Origin: Epiperipatus broadwayi
Taxonomy: Eukaryota > Animalia > Onychophora
Direction of reading: 5' to 3'
Assembly (NCBI GenBank): GCA_028023455.1
Contig: JAQFVV010000002.1
Location: 5,580,001 to 5,644,000, forward strand
DNA length: 64,000 nucleotides
Part shown: positions 1 through 15,400 of the stretch, piece after piece
Numbering within the stretch: the first letter of the stretch is position 1
How the letters are laid out: each line of letters opens with the position of its first letter
Translations under genes and position numbers: made by a program
The notes under the pieces: model-generated
What the model saw: only the letters and a program-made list of their open reading frames with translations
Told to the model about the DNA's origin: nothing
Database searches by the model: none

Positions 1-1150
1 ATCTATACCCTTGACTGAACCCCAAGGCAATACGTACATATTATCTTGGCGTTATTTTTTTCCCGACCAAGAACCTTCGGCTGCTGAACAAAGCAAACTA
101 TTTCAAGAAATCTAACGAATGTCCAGTGCTTGCTATTTATTTTTTATAATTGGGAAATTCGCACGAACAAGCAGCACATGAATACCTATAAAAATCAGCC
201 TTACCCTTTAATCACTAAATTACAGTTTCCCCCCTGCCGTAGCTTGGTGATAGGAGAATAAAGCAAGTATACGCAATTTACGAATAAATATGTTTAATAA
301 CAATCACTGTTATATAAAAAAATACATGATAACAATAATAAAAAAAACACACACACTTATATAATACGTGGCTATAATAAAACATAGTAAAACAGATCAA
401 ATATTAAAGTTATTTCAAAGTCCTATTGGGTAGAGTTCTAAATTTATCACGATTGTTCCTTGTTTATTTATTTACGAACATTAAAAATTTAAATACACGC
501 ATGCTTTTTACCTAGGTTTTCCTTGTAGTTGTTTCCATGGGTATTTCTTTCGAGAGCTCTTTACTGTCCAGTGGGAGATCATCCCTTTTTTTGTAGAGAC
601 GGTGATGTCCTTCACTGTCGGCTGGATTGATTTTCTCTCTGTTTGTGGGGTTATTTCTCGTTCCAGTTTTTTACTTCTTGTCGATTCTTTAGGTAGATTT
701 TTAAGTTGTCAGTCACAGAAGCGGCGGTCTCTCTAGCAGGTCAGGTATAGATCTTACATTGTGAGTCAGTGGTGAGACGGATTGAATACGAACCCACGTC
801 CCTTTAACGCCACTAGCCGCACACTTCTTTCATTTTCTTTTAGCTGTTGCTTCTTCAAAATCTTTTCTCCGAATCCCAAATAATAATTGTAATTCTCTTA
901 CTGTCTTTCTTTTGTTCATTGTTTTGAAAATTTTTAATTAAGATTTAGATTTCCAACCAATTCTTATTATCATGTTTCTTTATTGAATTAGTGACTGGAA
1001 TGTAGGTTTTAATTAATTTAGCTTAATTATAAGCTTTTCCTTGTTATATATTTTTCTTTGTCCGAGGAATTTAATTAGTCCAACAGACTTTAACACTTCT
1101 GATTTATCTGGCCATATTGTTTTTACATTACATATTACATTTAAATTTTA
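1..1150 (-). mobile_element. Possible 3' end of a decayed LTR retrotransposon (integrase C-terminus-like frame, polypurine tract, start of 3' LTR)
   Basis: Minus-strand frame ~930-720 reads MNKRKTVRELQLLFGIRRKDFEEATAKRK*KKCAASGVKGTWVRIQSVSPLTHNV, loosely like a Gypsy integrase C-terminus (ELLFG; GxWVxV). A purine run GGCAGGGGGGAAAC at ~226-240 is followed by TGTAAT, a typical LTR start. No catalytic motif is visible. Confidence 0.3.
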
Positions 1151-2288
1151 CTTAAAAGTTTACAATTCATTTTCAAATTTATGTTTATAATTTATTTTAA
1201 CTTGTTACAACAGTTTTTTTTAAATGAGAGAAAGAGACGCATTTCTTTACGCACCCCCTCCCTTTCTCTTACTATTAAAAAATCCAAAGTAATTTGTACA
1301 TTTGAATTTCAACTTTTTTCTTTCTTTCTTTTGGTTAAAATTTAGTAGCTAATCCATTTACCTTTATTACTTTCTAGTAGCTAATTTATCTAATTTTATT
1401 AATAAATATATACGTGTGACGACGACTTTACGTGGCCGTCACAATGTATATATATATATATTCATATAGTTTATATAAGGAAATAAAAGTTTTTGAAAAG
1501 AAGTTAGAAGTTTGTGAAATTATTTATAATAATTACTCTAGTGAGAACTTATTATTTGATGAAAGAACAGAACTTTTGGATATCAAGTAAATTACACAAA
1601 AGTGAGAAGAATTTGGACATAACCATGTTTTATGTAGAGATGGAATAAAGAATACTGAATAATTATTTCTGAAGTATTGAAAGAAGTTCAGAAAAAAAAA
1701 AATTGTATAGAGAGTAGGAGAAATGCAGGTGAAGAAAGCATAAAAGATAATTTTTTTTTTACATTTTGGGTATAAGTTTTTATAATAAAAATAAGACATA
1801 TGATGATAAGGTATGAAAATTAACAAAACAGTTTTTATTAAAATGAAATACCAAAAATAAATAATGAATCTCTGAGAAAATGATTTGTAATTATAAATTC
1901 AAAGAACATAAAGAAGGGGTAGCAATAGATGGATTTTCATTATATATAAATATTTGAAAGAATGATAATGTTTAACTTAACAGAAAATTTTGCATATCTT
2001 TTTATGTAAATATACTCATGAAAAAAAAAAAAAACTTTATATATTTATATACACATTGTCTATTATAAAGAAATAGATACCTCTATTTTATTAGATGAGA
2101 TTCCAGTTAAATCTGATTTATATTATTACAGTAAAAATTAGATCTCAATTACAAGTGTAAACATTATAATCAACAAATAATGAGAATGCACTATATAATT
2201 GTGTATATGCTCTTCAGTATGATAATAAATTTTTTTTTATAAATATGCACACAAACATAAACAAAAATAAAAAACTAAACCCTCTTAC

Positions 2289-2336
2289 CAAAGGGTCAAA
2301 ACGATCATCTTTTTGAGCATCTGGAATATTGAGAGT
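2289..2336 (-). CDS. Pde11: Internal coding exon (48 nt, phase 0-0) of a GAF-domain cyclic-nucleotide phosphodiesterase, PDE11-like: TLNIPDAQKDDRFDPL
   Basis: Minus strand reads ttatataatttcag|ACTCTCAATATTCCAGATGCTCAAAAAGATGATCGTTTTGACCCTTTG|gtaaga, with canonical acceptor and donor. The peptide matches the GAF motif TxNIPDAxxDxRF and continues in frame from exon 27646-27709. Confidence 0.88.
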
Positions 2337-3436
2337 CTGAAATTATATAATTTTCAAAAATAAGTTCATTCTTTTTAGAGTTGCATATATAATACATAAA
2401 TAAAACAAAATAATTTATATTATATTGTTGCATAATCATTTAGTAAGTATTTAATATACAATGATAATAACAATAGTAACAAAAAATGAAAAGAAATAAA
2501 GATTCAACATTTTATCAACAGTAACATTAATATCATTTCATACCCACAAATATTATGATATTATACCTATCACTTGATATTAGAATTTACAGGTAAAATT
2601 TTAGAAGTAAACAAATCCTCCGTAAGAAAGATAAATTCCTCAATTAATTGCTGCCACATACACAGTACCCATATAAATTCAACTGTATTATTTCAGTAGG
2701 ATCTTATTTAAACAAAAAATAGAGTGAACGTTTGTAAGTATTGAAGCTTTTTAGAAATAATATAAAAATTAATTGGTTGATATTAGATAAGCATTGTCAT
2801 AAATATTATTAAGCAGTTTGGTTATAATCAAAATTCTAATTTATATCTATGGATATTTTTTCTTCTGTAATAGATGTTTTAATATTCTTATATGATTCAT
2901 GATATATTAACTCTAACTGGCACAATATAATTTTCAATTATTTCATCCCTAATAATATCATATTGCCAATCTTTTTCATACATTATTTCTTGTGTAAATA
3001 TACTTTATTAATTTTTTGCAGATTTCTATTGAATTCATTACTTTTGATTTTGTTATATCTGTTCAATTATCATTTATCCATATGTCAGTCTTTATTATTT
3101 ATTGTATTTGTAAATATTTTTAATAATTTAAAACTTAATACCTTTTTCATTCCTTTATTAATTTCAATATTTCCTAAATAATTTATTCTTCCTTTTTAGA
3201 TTTACATTTATATTTAATTCTCATATTTATAATTTAAAATTTAATACTACAATATTTCAATTAAACATGTGAAATGAATGAACAATATAAGACTTTCTAA
3301 AAAAATATTTTATAGATGGTTTTCAAAGAAGAAGTAAATTCCATTTACATTATAAAGATTATCTCAAGAATATTCTAAAAAAAAATGCATTATTATGACT
3401 AAAGATAGATTATAATGGAGAACTATAATTAGATAA

Positions 3437-3720
3437 GATGTTGAAGTTTTTCAGAAAAACAAATTGATACAAAATTTAAAAAAAACAGCATCACAAAATA
3501 TCAACAGACAGAATAATAGTCTAGTGTGCTATATATAGGGAAAAGAAGATGAAGGAGGAGGTAGAGAACAAGGAGAAATGTTAAAATTTTTCAGAAAAAA
3601 AAAATTGCTACAAAAGTTAAAAACAATGTCATAAAATATCAAATAAACAAAATAATGGACTAGTTTATTATATATGTAGCAGTAAAGATAGAAAAGAAAA
3701 AGAGAAGAAAAAACATGATG
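3437..3720. repeat. Diverged ~140-bp tandem duplication
   Basis: The blocks gttgaagtttttcagaaaaacaaattgatacaaaa...tatcaac...ctagt and gttaaaatttttcagaaaaaaaaaattgctacaaaa...tatcaaa...ctagt recur about 140 bp apart. Confidence 0.5.
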
Positions 3721-6566
3721 AAGTATCAGAAGATGATCCTATTCTTTTTTTGGAGATGGAATGGCCATTCTCATTTTTAAGTAGTTTGGGATATGATTTC
3801 TTATAATTTTATTCATGCGAAAACTTCAGTCCTCTGGATGCCATATTGCTGTTATTAATTTTACAGAATATTTTCTTCATAACACTTTTTAAGCTCTATC
3901 ATGTTTTGTGATTTTATTTTTAAATTTGTTGAGATTAAGTTTTGTATTTTATAGATGCTTAAATTGTTTACAGCTAGAGATATTAGATCCAAAGTCAAAT
4001 TTTGAGTAAGTTCATTATAATACTGAATTACTCATTTATCATGACATAAACAATTTATTATTTTCCAAACTTTATTATTTTAGCAAGCGCTAGTACATAA
4101 ACTTCTTAGTGATTAAACACTCTATATATCATATAATAATAACATTTCACTCTTCTTACATTTTAAAGCAAAATATATTTATTTATTCTTTACAGTTTCA
4201 ACTGTTCCTAGCAGTCTATCCCTATTCACAGATTATGGTACGAACCTTCCTTAATCTATCAACATTTTAATTTGTTTCCCTAAGTTTAAAAGGCCACCCA
4301 TTAAATTCTTTTTTCTTAGTCCAAAATTTTGTTCATTTCTTGGAACTTTCTTAACTTTAAATTATTATTTTTATTCAAAAAATAATAGTTGTATTCCTCA
4401 CTGCATGAATCAATATGTATATCAATAAGACATTAATTTTAATCATAAAATTTTACTATCAGAATGATCTGTGTATATATCCTAGAAATATATCAATAAA
4501 TAAATAATAAATGATTAACATAAGTTTGTAAGATAAATTTTTTCCTAAGTTTTAAAATGATAAAATAATATTTTTTAAAAAAATTCTCAGTTTATTTCCT
4601 CTCTTTTACTGATATGTATAATATTTTTATTATTAATAATAAAAATCCTCACATATTCAGATTCAAGACTGAAATTTCAAATGAGGTTTTGCCAGTATCA
4701 TATATTTTCAATCTGCCCAAATAATGGTAATTATTAATCACTAATATGGCATTTATTTATTGATAATAACAGTTTTATCTCTGACAGAATTATCACACAA
4801 GACTTTTAAAAATTTAATTAAAATACCAATAACAAGATGGCTATAGGGGTATCATTTTTGTATATAAAATTCTCAGTTCTCTTAGCCATTTTTTAGACCA
4901 TCACTGTTGTTTTAAAACCTATTATTTCAATATTTATAAGTATACAGAAATCTTTTTCATCTCATGTAAGAGGAGATGAAAGGAACAATCATTATAATTA
5001 CATGTAAAGAAGAATTCATAGGGCATATTTAATTTAGATTTTAAAATATAAAACCTATACTCAAAAATAAACTTGTATTCAAACTCACCTATTTAAAACA
5101 GACAAACATTAATGTTCAAACCAAGTTAACAATTTTAATAATAGGTACTATTTCATTTATATATATAATAACACATAAACACATATATGTATATGGTGAA
5201 TGAATGTTCATGTAAATATCAGAGTGAACAAAATATAAATTTATTAATTGTAAAAAAGTATATTAAAATAAATATTTTATGGAAAATTGTTTTAAAATAA
5301 ATGAATTATTGCTAACTTCAACAAAAATGTATAAAAAAAACTGATTTTGGAGATTAGAAGTTTTCCTCTGTGGAAATTGTGGCTGATTTGAGATATAAGC
5401 ACTTTTAACTAATATTATTACATATATTATGTTATTAGGTGCATAAGGTGTCATGTGTTTTTATGTAATTAATATTTAAACATAATGTTTACATGATCAG
5501 TTTTTTTTGTAACATGTTCTGAAAAATACCACAAACTCCAAAAATTACTGTTGGTATATTGAGCAAAGTAATATTGCTTGTAATGACGGTCATAAATGTT
5601 TTGCAAAGATAGCTATTAAAAATTTTAATTAATTAATGTTAAAGACATTTGGCTATATATTTTTAAGTTATCCATGTTTTCATTATTTAAAGAAAAATTT
5701 TTTATTCTTTATATTCTTAGATTTAGTTGTTTAATAATTTCTAGATTGTAACTGAAAATAAATTTAAAAAAAATTGTGTAATTTATTATATAAATATAAT
5801 AAATGCAAATTTGCAATGTTATTTATATATATATATATTTTAGCAGCCATCTATATTCTATAAAAAAATGTTTTACTTTTTATATTTTTATTTCTTTATT
5901 TAATAATTTTTAGAATACAACAGAAAATATATAAAAAATTATAAAATAGAAATTTATATAACACTACAATACTACCAAAACATGAAAATTTTATTAAACT
6001 TCTTACACAACCATAGTTCTATCTATTAACAAACCATGATTGTGTAACAATTTTAGTAAAATTTTGTTGTTTTGGCTAGTATTTTAGTCTTATATTAAAT
6101 TTTTAATTGCTAGTATGTTAGACAGTATTTAATAAAAAAAAAAAAATATTATGATCTCAAAAGAATTAAGATTTACTTCAAGTATCTAATAGTAGTTAAA
6201 AATCGCCAGATAATTGGTACTATTGTAAATAATGATAATATTAATAATGATTACTTTAAGTTAACTAATTTAAATTTTGTTACCTAACAATATTATGTCA
6301 TTTTTAAAGATAGAATTAATAATATACTTAAACACAAAATGTATATGTTTTACAATTAACTAATTCCAGATGACAGAAATAAGGTGTTAATATAACAACG
6401 TAAATTATGTATAAAAAAAATTTAATATGTCAAAATAAAATAAGACATTTAAAAGTGTGAGAACATGTGAAAATGCACAAATTACAATTTGAAAATCACA
6501 GTGATTATTCATTATTTTGATATTATTATGGATTGTTAGTGTTATGTCTGTAATAAAGAAACAATG

Positions 6567-6638
6567 TAATGATATAATCTAGTTAAGATAAAAGAGTTAG
6601 CTTAATGATATAATCTAGTTAAGCTAAAAGAGTTAGCT
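6567..6638. repeat. 35-bp near-perfect tandem duplication
   Basis: aatgatataatctagttaag(a/c)taaaagagttagct occurs twice in tandem. Confidence 0.85.
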
Positions 6639-8672
6639 AATGGACAATCTGAATCATAATACAGTTAACATATGATTTCAATGAAGTTTCATGAAACATG
6701 AATATTAAAAAATAGGATATAAATGTATGTTGAGTTATGGTAAAGTAAACATAGCCATAGCAATTCCTATATGATAATGAAGAATTAAGATAAAGCTATT
6801 TATTTTAATTCTGAGGAGGAAAAACTAAGACAATGATCGGAATTATGCTTAAGTTAAAAAAGTCATCATCTTATGTATATCTAAATGAAATCAAATGTTA
6901 TTGCTAATCAGTATAAAGCATAATACTGATCGTAGAATAAAAATAACTATTATGCATATGCATTTAAATCACACACAGCTATATTTTAGTTATTAAATGG
7001 AGAATTGAGGATATTAATATGACAATCATAATTATTTTAAATAATCATTCATTCTAATATAAAATTATTAAATTTATTTCCATAGTTTCGATGTCACCTG
7101 TGCACAATTCCATTTATGTTCTAAATTCAGAAATAAATATGAGGGTGAAAACATAGATACACAATGAAACCATATTTGTTTGATCTAGTCAAATTTATAT
7201 GTGTGAAACACACACATCTACACAATTATTCTATAGAAAAAAGTTTAACAAGATTTAAAAAAAAAAAACGATAGAATTCATAAATATATTGACATAATCT
7301 TATATTTTCCTTCACACAGAACACCTTAATTTTGTAAATGTACCATTTTATTAATAAACAGTTCAACTCTGATGGATTGAGTTTTTGTTTAAGATCAAAT
7401 ATTTTATAACAATATATATGAAAGGTAATCAAACCTCCACTCCAGTATCGTTAAACAAGATGTTAAAACTGTGAGAGTACATTAAAATTTATAGAGTATT
7501 ATTTAATTTAACATTGTTTAATATTGGCACAAAGTAAATTTTAATATTTCATAAAGGCTAATAAGAATATTAAAAAAAATGAATTTAAAGTGAATGATTT
7601 ATATATTCAGGCGCTCACTTCTAGACATTTAAAATTGGCTCATAAATTAACATTTGAGTTTGGTAATATGATGCTCCCTTTTGTTTTCTTAAAGATTTTA
7701 TCTTGTGATTGGGGGCGAGAATATCTTTGCAGTTTTAACATCTTGGTTAATGGTGCTGGTCTTGAAGTTTGTACTATGTAAAATTTCACTTTGGGTGATT
7801 TATTTATTGCATTTGTAACCTTTCAAAGCCAACTTAGTAAAATTGGTATTAGAAATTTGGAGTATGGTATTTACTATGGGAAAAATGAGATACATCAGAA
7901 GATTACTGTTATCATATATGTTTTCAGATAAATATTTATCTGAATGTGAGGAGCAACAATTATTTAGATATCTCACTGTCCAAACATTATTCTAAATTTG
8001 TTCATAATTATTCACACCAATAAAATAATCCCACTTTCTTTTTACAAAGAAAGTAAATGCACACATTATATTCATATACCATGCACACATGCAAACAGTA
8101 ATATATTGGCACTTTCCATATATAGAGAGAATGTCAGGAGATCAGAAGAAAGATCCAAGGCTATTACAGTTAAAATCCATGGTTTCTATTTTAGGATGCC
8201 CTATCCAGATCAATTGAACATCTGCTTATATTGAATATAATGAAATAGATCTATATAATTATCATGCTAGAAAGAAACTCAAGACATTTCAAATATTTAG
8301 TCAAGAATATGTTTTTTTTAGTGAAATTTCTCTTATTTTAAATTAAAATACAAAGAACATAAAAATTATTATACTGGCAGACTAATCTGGTTATTGTGGA
8401 AAAAAAAAATCTGGACTATAATTTTTTTTTTTTGTTTTTTTTTTAAACTTTTTTGTTGTATATTCTATTTTAAACATCATTTTTTTTTTCCAAATGGAAC
8501 AATCACCATGTAATTCAAATTATAAAATCATACCATACATCATTCAATAGGTTAGAGTCTCTTTTTTCCAAAATTGTTCATTATTTTATCATATCATAAA
8601 AACAAAAAAGTTATAACTTTAATCTAGCACTTTTTTCAATGTTAATCAACTATTTATTTTTATCACATGATC

Positions 8673-8792
8673 AGTCTGGGGATATTGGATGAGTAGGCAT
8701 TAGATAGGGATTTTATGCACAAGCCTTCTGGCATCCATTGATTACTCTGTTTAGCACAGGTGGCAATACTGTATGGAGAGTTTTGCTCTGTT
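8673..8792 (+). repeat. Fragment of the ~455-nt dispersed repeat family (other copies 46298-46815 and 50074-50585)
   Basis: agtctggggatattggatgagtaggca...ttttatgcacaagccttctggcatccattgattactct is nearly identical to ~50086-50160. Confidence 0.85.
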
Positions 8793-8994
8793 TATTTATT
8801 TTTATATGCATAAAAATTACAATATATTGTTAAAATTTTTGGCAAAAATTATTTTTTATATGACTAATAAATATTTGTATTACAATAAATAACATTACTG
8901 ACAAACTTAGCAAACTGTCTGCAAATACTGGACATGCCATAAATATATATTGCAAACAATATGTTTGCTCTTTAAAAATATATAATTTGTAATA

Positions 8995-9445
8995 ATTTCA
9001 AAATAGTTTCAAGATGTTATAAAGAGGGGGGGGTTAAATTGTTTGTCTCTAAATTTTATTTTATATCATAGTCCATAACTACCTTTAAACACTATTAAAC
9101 CCCTCTTAATTAACTAAAAGAAAATTAAATTCTCCATGGACACAGAATTTATGCTATGTTTAAATTAAGGTACCACCCAGATATTGAGAAATCCACGAAA
9201 GGAATTTATACCCCCTTCAACGTTATTAAATTGTGCCTGGACTAACTAGATTAAGTATGGGATCCCATCCCACTGACTATTATGATTTGACTAATATTAA
9301 AACAATCTATATAAACAATTTATTCACCTTAAAGGTAAAATAGTTCATTAAATTTTAAATAGCATGAGAATCTATGAGAAAAAAAAAGAAAGCTAGATTA
9401 AAAATAAATAAATACATAATACAATTCATTAACTAAGTAGTGTAT
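8995..9445 (-). repeat. Probable 3' LTR remnant of Gypsy element 1
   Basis: Direct repeat of 15625-16115; shared blocks include ttcaagatgttataaa, tgtctctaaattttatt, aattaaattctccatgga, gactaactagatt and gagaatctatgagaaaaa. TG..CA ends were not resolved. Confidence 0.65.
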
Positions 9446-12400
9446 GGTACAGTAAGAAAACAAAATATTAATACAATATTGCAACTTTAAATTATATGAT
9501 ATATAAAATGATAAAACACATACACAGATAAATAATTATAAATATTACCATCCTCTAGGTAATCACCATTGCAATATATTGAAAGTTTTTGTTAGAGTTT
9601 CTGATTATAAGTCATTTTCGTTAAGCTTTGTATTTATTAGTTCATTATCAATATCTTTCATTTGATTTTAATTTTTTTTTACTGTGGAGTTTATTCTGAT
9701 AAATTTTGAAATATTAAGGCTTCAACCTTCTTAGCTGCTTAACAATTAAAGTATTCAGATAAATATTTCTTCACCCTTTATAGAAGCTTATATTTCAGAA
9801 TAAAGTCTTCAACTTAACAAGATTTAGCATAGGCAAGCATAATGCAGGAAATGGCAGTTCGAGCTTCAGCCCATTCCAGGCTTTGTATAGATAATTATAA
9901 TGTTCAAACAAATGTGTACACACCTTGGAATTCAATAATGCACCATTGAGTTGGATTTATAATACCAACTTTTTTTCATGGCTTGGTTGCTGAAGTTTTT
10001 AAGGCAGGAGAGAGCATGGGCTCTTCTTTGTTTAATAAAAATTCTAATGACCTTTAATACTTGGAACTGCCCATTAAATATGCGATATTTTCCTGCTTCT
10101 TCTTAACCTTTTTCAATCTTTTATTATTTTTTCATGTAGTTTTAATTATAGTATAAATATGTATAATCATAACATTCCAATAAAATAAAACAATTTTTCT
10201 TTTACTAAAACTGTCTTGACATTAAAACAATCATAATTAAATTATTTATTGATTTATTTTCATTCTAATTCTTGTTTCAAAAGTAATGGCATTTAGCCAC
10301 CCTCTCTAATCTTACATTTGGCTATTTATATAGCTCATTCGAAAAGTCAACCTTGTCCCATTATCAATTAAAAATAAAACAAGTTAATTCAGTCAGACTT
10401 TGACAGAGATTGCTTTTATTTCTACAATGAACTTAATATTATATACATGTTTAAAACATATAACCTTGATACGAGCTAGAGTAAACTGATTAACTGTTGA
10501 CTAAATCACATTTAATTCCTTAAGATGTTGCTACTACATCATAAGGCAAATTGTGTGATACAGTTTTTAACCAGGGACTCCTGGTTTGGATAGCTTTGCA
10601 AATATCAGTAAAACTTCATTGATCATCATTTTTTAAATTTACAATTATTATTTACCATTTTATTGAGAATTTCTAGAAGCTACTCTGCTGTGAGCTCAGG
10701 ATATCTCTCAACTGGTGCTTCACCATCGATTTAAGTGGGAGAGCATGAGCAAGCCCATGCTTGCAGTTTAGCCATATCTGCCAGAGAAAAAGCTTATACA
10801 AATATTTTTCAATTAACAGTTGACACCCTATAACCTTACAAACAATAACTCACTCTATTAAACCATCTACTCATCATACCTGGTTACATTCTTTTGAAAA
10901 ATTTCAAAGAGTGAGCATTGTATATTCCTTTTCTATTCTCTCATTAGCCAGTACAAAAACATTATTGTTGTACTGGTTAATATACAAGCCTTCATAAATT
11001 TCTTGGAAATTTTTTGTAGATATGTTTCTCTGGTGACTTTCAGTATTGACCCAAATCATAACTGTGACTCCTACTGAAAGATCTGGTTAGAGATCTTTTG
11101 TTTATCTTATTTTAATTTTCTGTTTTTATTAATCTGACTTGTTTTGGTCATAGCATTCTTTACTCAATCATAGGAAGATTAATATATAACCTTGTTTTGA
11201 ATAAGTATGGTATGGATTTACCAAAATGCAGGTGAATTGGTTCAAATCTAGTTAATTCATTGAAGGTTCAATTAACATATTTAGCTATCTGATTGATCTA
11301 TTTAACCAAATCACGATGGTTAGTATTGATGTATACCATGAAGCCATATTCCAATACATGCATATCTGTTCACAGGGATTGGACTGTGGGTTTGAATTGA
11401 GGTTAAAAAGTGTTTTTTTCCTCTTTTATTTATTCATTTCCCCACTCAGCTGAGATAAATGGAGTTCTGAGATCAGTAATGATGGTGTCAAATAATCCAA
11501 CTGTATTAAAGTGCATATGCTCCAAGACCTGAATAATGTGTTCAGCATTAACTTGTGATACCAGATATGGTACTATCAATTTTGAAATTAAAAAGCTTTA
11601 GGTTTGTGAAGAATTATGGAATTCAATGGCCCTTCACACACAATTTATTCAGAAGTTTTGTTTTTAGAGACTTTTTACATCTGTTCATCATGGGCAAAAT
11701 GCTGGCATACATTTGTGGCAAATAAAACTAATTGATTTTTTTTTCAACTTCGCAGATGCATACAAACAATGAACATATGTGATTAACTACCTTCATAAGG
11801 CTCATGGGATTTCTATCCGATGTTCAGCCTCATGTTCTTTTTATTCTGTAGTACTCCCATTCTATATTATACTTATCACTATTCTTACACATAGGTTATT
11901 CTTACCATGAATAACTCCTGACTGTTTTCTAATGTACCCAATTATTTGTTTACAGTCCAAATTCTGCTTTTGTCTATCCATTAAGTGTTGCAAATCACTA
12001 CAGATTCACCGGCAACTCTATGAGATTCATGCCGGTTTAACTCATCTGCAATTATATTGCCATAATCCTTGCAATAGACTACAGTATAATTGAATTTCTA
12101 AAGAAATAAACTCCACTTGATCAATATGCTAATGGTTAAGTACCTATGATTCAGAAACCTATACTATTGTGATCTGTAATCATAATTACTTCAAACCCTA
12201 TTAGAAATTGGTGAAATTTTTGAAATGCTCTTACTAGAGCTACTTTCTCTGTTACTGTATAATTGATCTCACACCATTCATTAGTTGGCTAATAAAATAT
12301 AAGACCCCAGGTCAGTCATACTTCTGGATTTGGAAGAAAGTAGCCATCAATCCAAAGCCGCTACTATCAGTCTACGCATAGGAAAGTTTTCTGAAATCAG

Positions 12401-15400
12401 GGTATGATAACATAACATCATGTAAAAATTAATCATTTATAAGCTGGAAGATTTTGTTATGTTGGGTGGTCCATTATCAGGTCATGTTTTTTAGTTTTGG
12501 GGATTGAAAAATCTCGCACTGCCTATATTGTGGGGGAAAATACCTTCTCCTTTCATTATATCACCCAGAAATATTATCTCTACTGCAGCTAGAGTGCTTT
12601 TCCTTAAATTTATTTTTAATTTCTTTTTTCTGGCATTTCTTGAAAAAAAAAAATCATATGTATAAGGGCTCCTTCTAGAATGAAAGATGCAATTATTATG
12701 TCATTGACATACATAATTAGTAACTATTTAATCATTGGCCAGCACCTAGCCCAGGCACTAAATTAAACCTGCCCCGCTAGTTCAAGGATTGGTGGAGGGG
12801 TGTTACAATCCAGGATTATAATTATGTTCAGCTGGTGGGCACCTAAACAAAGCCAAAATGATCCATCCTTTCTCTTTACTGCTATTATAGGGTTGTTAAA
12901 AGGCAATGAGCATTTTCATATTATTCCCTCATTTTAGTATTTGATCCAAATGAATTTCAATTTCATCTTTATATTGATAGAGAAATAGGATAAGAATGAG
13001 TTCAATATGGTTGATCATTCATAAACCTTATTCAATGTTCATAACCCTTTATTATTCCAGGAATGTCAAAAAAGATAGCCTCATAATTTTTTCATAACTG
13101 TTCTAAATTTCTTTGATTATTATCTAAGATTAAAGACTCTCATGAATTTTTTTATTTGAGACTCTGGTTATTGTCTATCAGCACGTACACATGAAGTTGT
13201 AGCAAATTGATTCATAATCCGGGCAAAAATGGCATCACTTCATCTTCAATAAATGGGTTTTCACTGTATTCCAGAACACAGCCTGTTTTGTGCATAAAAT
13301 CAGATCTGAGAATAACTCTGTGTATTGATCCATTTAAAATGAACAATACATGACTGTAATTCTCTTTCTTTATCCACATATATACCCATATATGTTTTGA
13401 TACAAGTTTAGTCTTTTTGTTGTTCACTAGGATGTGTAGTGCCATTAGCAATAAATATTAACCACTGGATTCAGGCCGATAATTTGTTTTGATAGAAGTT
13501 TATCTCTTTTGATATTCACTAGAGTGGTGTGTAGTGCCATCAGCAGTAAAATATTAACACCTGGCTTCAGGCAGATACTTTGTCCAAACATATTTTCAGG
13601 GCTGATGGATACCTGATTACCCAAATGCAGTAAAGCTTCTGCTATAATTCCTTCTATGAATATTTACTTTTGAGCAATTTTGAGGAGCAGACATAGGCTC
13701 TGCCTCATCCCAATCCCATACTAAATTTGCCATTGAAATATGCCAACATTATTATCATTTTGATTAGAATGCCACCACCACCCCACATGCTATAGCTGAG
13801 CCCCATAACAGGAGAATTTTGAGATACTTTCTGCCCTTTTGAAACCCTTTGTACCTTTCCCATACATCCACAAGTACCTCTGAATCTAATATGTTTTTAT
13901 TTATGGACAATATCATAATTACTTCTAGCGCATTGAAAGATTCTAGCTCTATTCACACTGCCAGTGAAATTTCTTCTCTTTCTTTATCCATTCCATAAAA
14001 TTTTTTCTACTTCTATATTTCATTGAATTTACATATCACTTGCATTTTTGTCTATATCACTCTTTCAGTTGGAATTTAAATCTCCACACTTTTGCATCAT
14101 ATATATATATATCTACTAACATCAAAAACATTTAATAATTCAGGCACCTTTTAAAGTTTTTTTTTCTATGCCAATCAGCATCTGCTCTATATAATTAGGG
14201 AAACTATGTCTCACTATCCTAATAATTTGACTCTCAGATAGTGGACTGATTATTAAAGCTCCGAGTTTAGCCACTTCCCTACAAAAATAGCATCCAGGCC
14301 ACCATTTTTCTTGAGACACTTAGTGTTTAATATTTTCCTGATAGTCCTCACTTCAGTAACTTGACAATAAGGCTTGTTTGAACTCACTAAAGCTTTGAGG
14401 TTTACCAATAGGGAATCCCACCTAACCTGAGAGGTCTCTTACAAAGTGCTGCATGCAATTGCGATTTTCTTTGCTTACTTGATTTATACTAAAATCTTTT
14501 TCTAAATTACTGAGATACTTTATACGGCTTTGCCTGGAGGCCTTGGAAGTATTTCTAATTTTTAAAAATCGAGTAATAATCGCAGATATATTAACAAGTA
14601 TGTGTGAATCTAAATTAAAAGTTCCAGTCCAATTATGCTTTTACTTATTTTTTGTCCACTTCTTTTATGAAGGATTCTATGATCTTTATTGGTTTTTTGC
14701 ACTCTCTATCACATTCTATCTCAGATCTTTTCAAACTTTTTGACAATAATATTTTATTTCTAAATGAACCTGTTCCAATGCCTATGATTTCCAGTTTTTA
14801 CTTCTTCTATTACAACATGCAAAAATTCTTTTGTTTTCCTGTCCAAACTTATTTTGCTATATTTCTTGGCATGCCTCTTAGAATTTATTTTCAATCTGGG
14901 TTAAATCTCCCTCTAGCTTTTTTCACCTCATCTGTTCATATCCCTTTTTAATTTGAGATTCCAGCTTCTCAAACAATTTGTTTTGCTTTTCAAATTTTAA
15001 GGTCATTTCTTTCATTGGATTTTGAGTTTTTCTATCATTTTATTTTGATTTTCAGATTTTATGGCCATCTCTTTTATTTGATTTTCAAGTTTATAAACAT
15101 TTACATCATTGTAATGATGTCATCATCTTCATTCGAGATTCCAATTTGGCCTTTATCTTATTTTTTATAGGGAAAGTTTTGTTTCATTCTCCTGAGCTTT
15201 CACCTTTGCTCTTGATCTTGTAACCATGGGATTATTATAAATATACAATTATGCTGTTTAATATAATTTCTCTAATTACCATTTCTTTAAAATTATTTCA
15301 TTCTTACTCAAAAGATTGAGGTGTCCATCTATCCTTCCACTCTTTAGTCCTATCTGTTATTATCAGCCTGATTAATTTACTGCCTACCACTTCACTACTC

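Noticed and set aside
770-825. tRNA/SINE-like A and B boxes on the minus strand
   Set aside because: No cloverleaf and an imperfect B box; the segment lies in an open integrase-like frame, which explains it equally well.
1533-8234. Short AT-rich ORFs of 60-100 aa here and elsewhere in the ORF track
   Set aside because: F/I/L/K/Y-biased composition typical of random AT-rich intron; no motifs or splice support.
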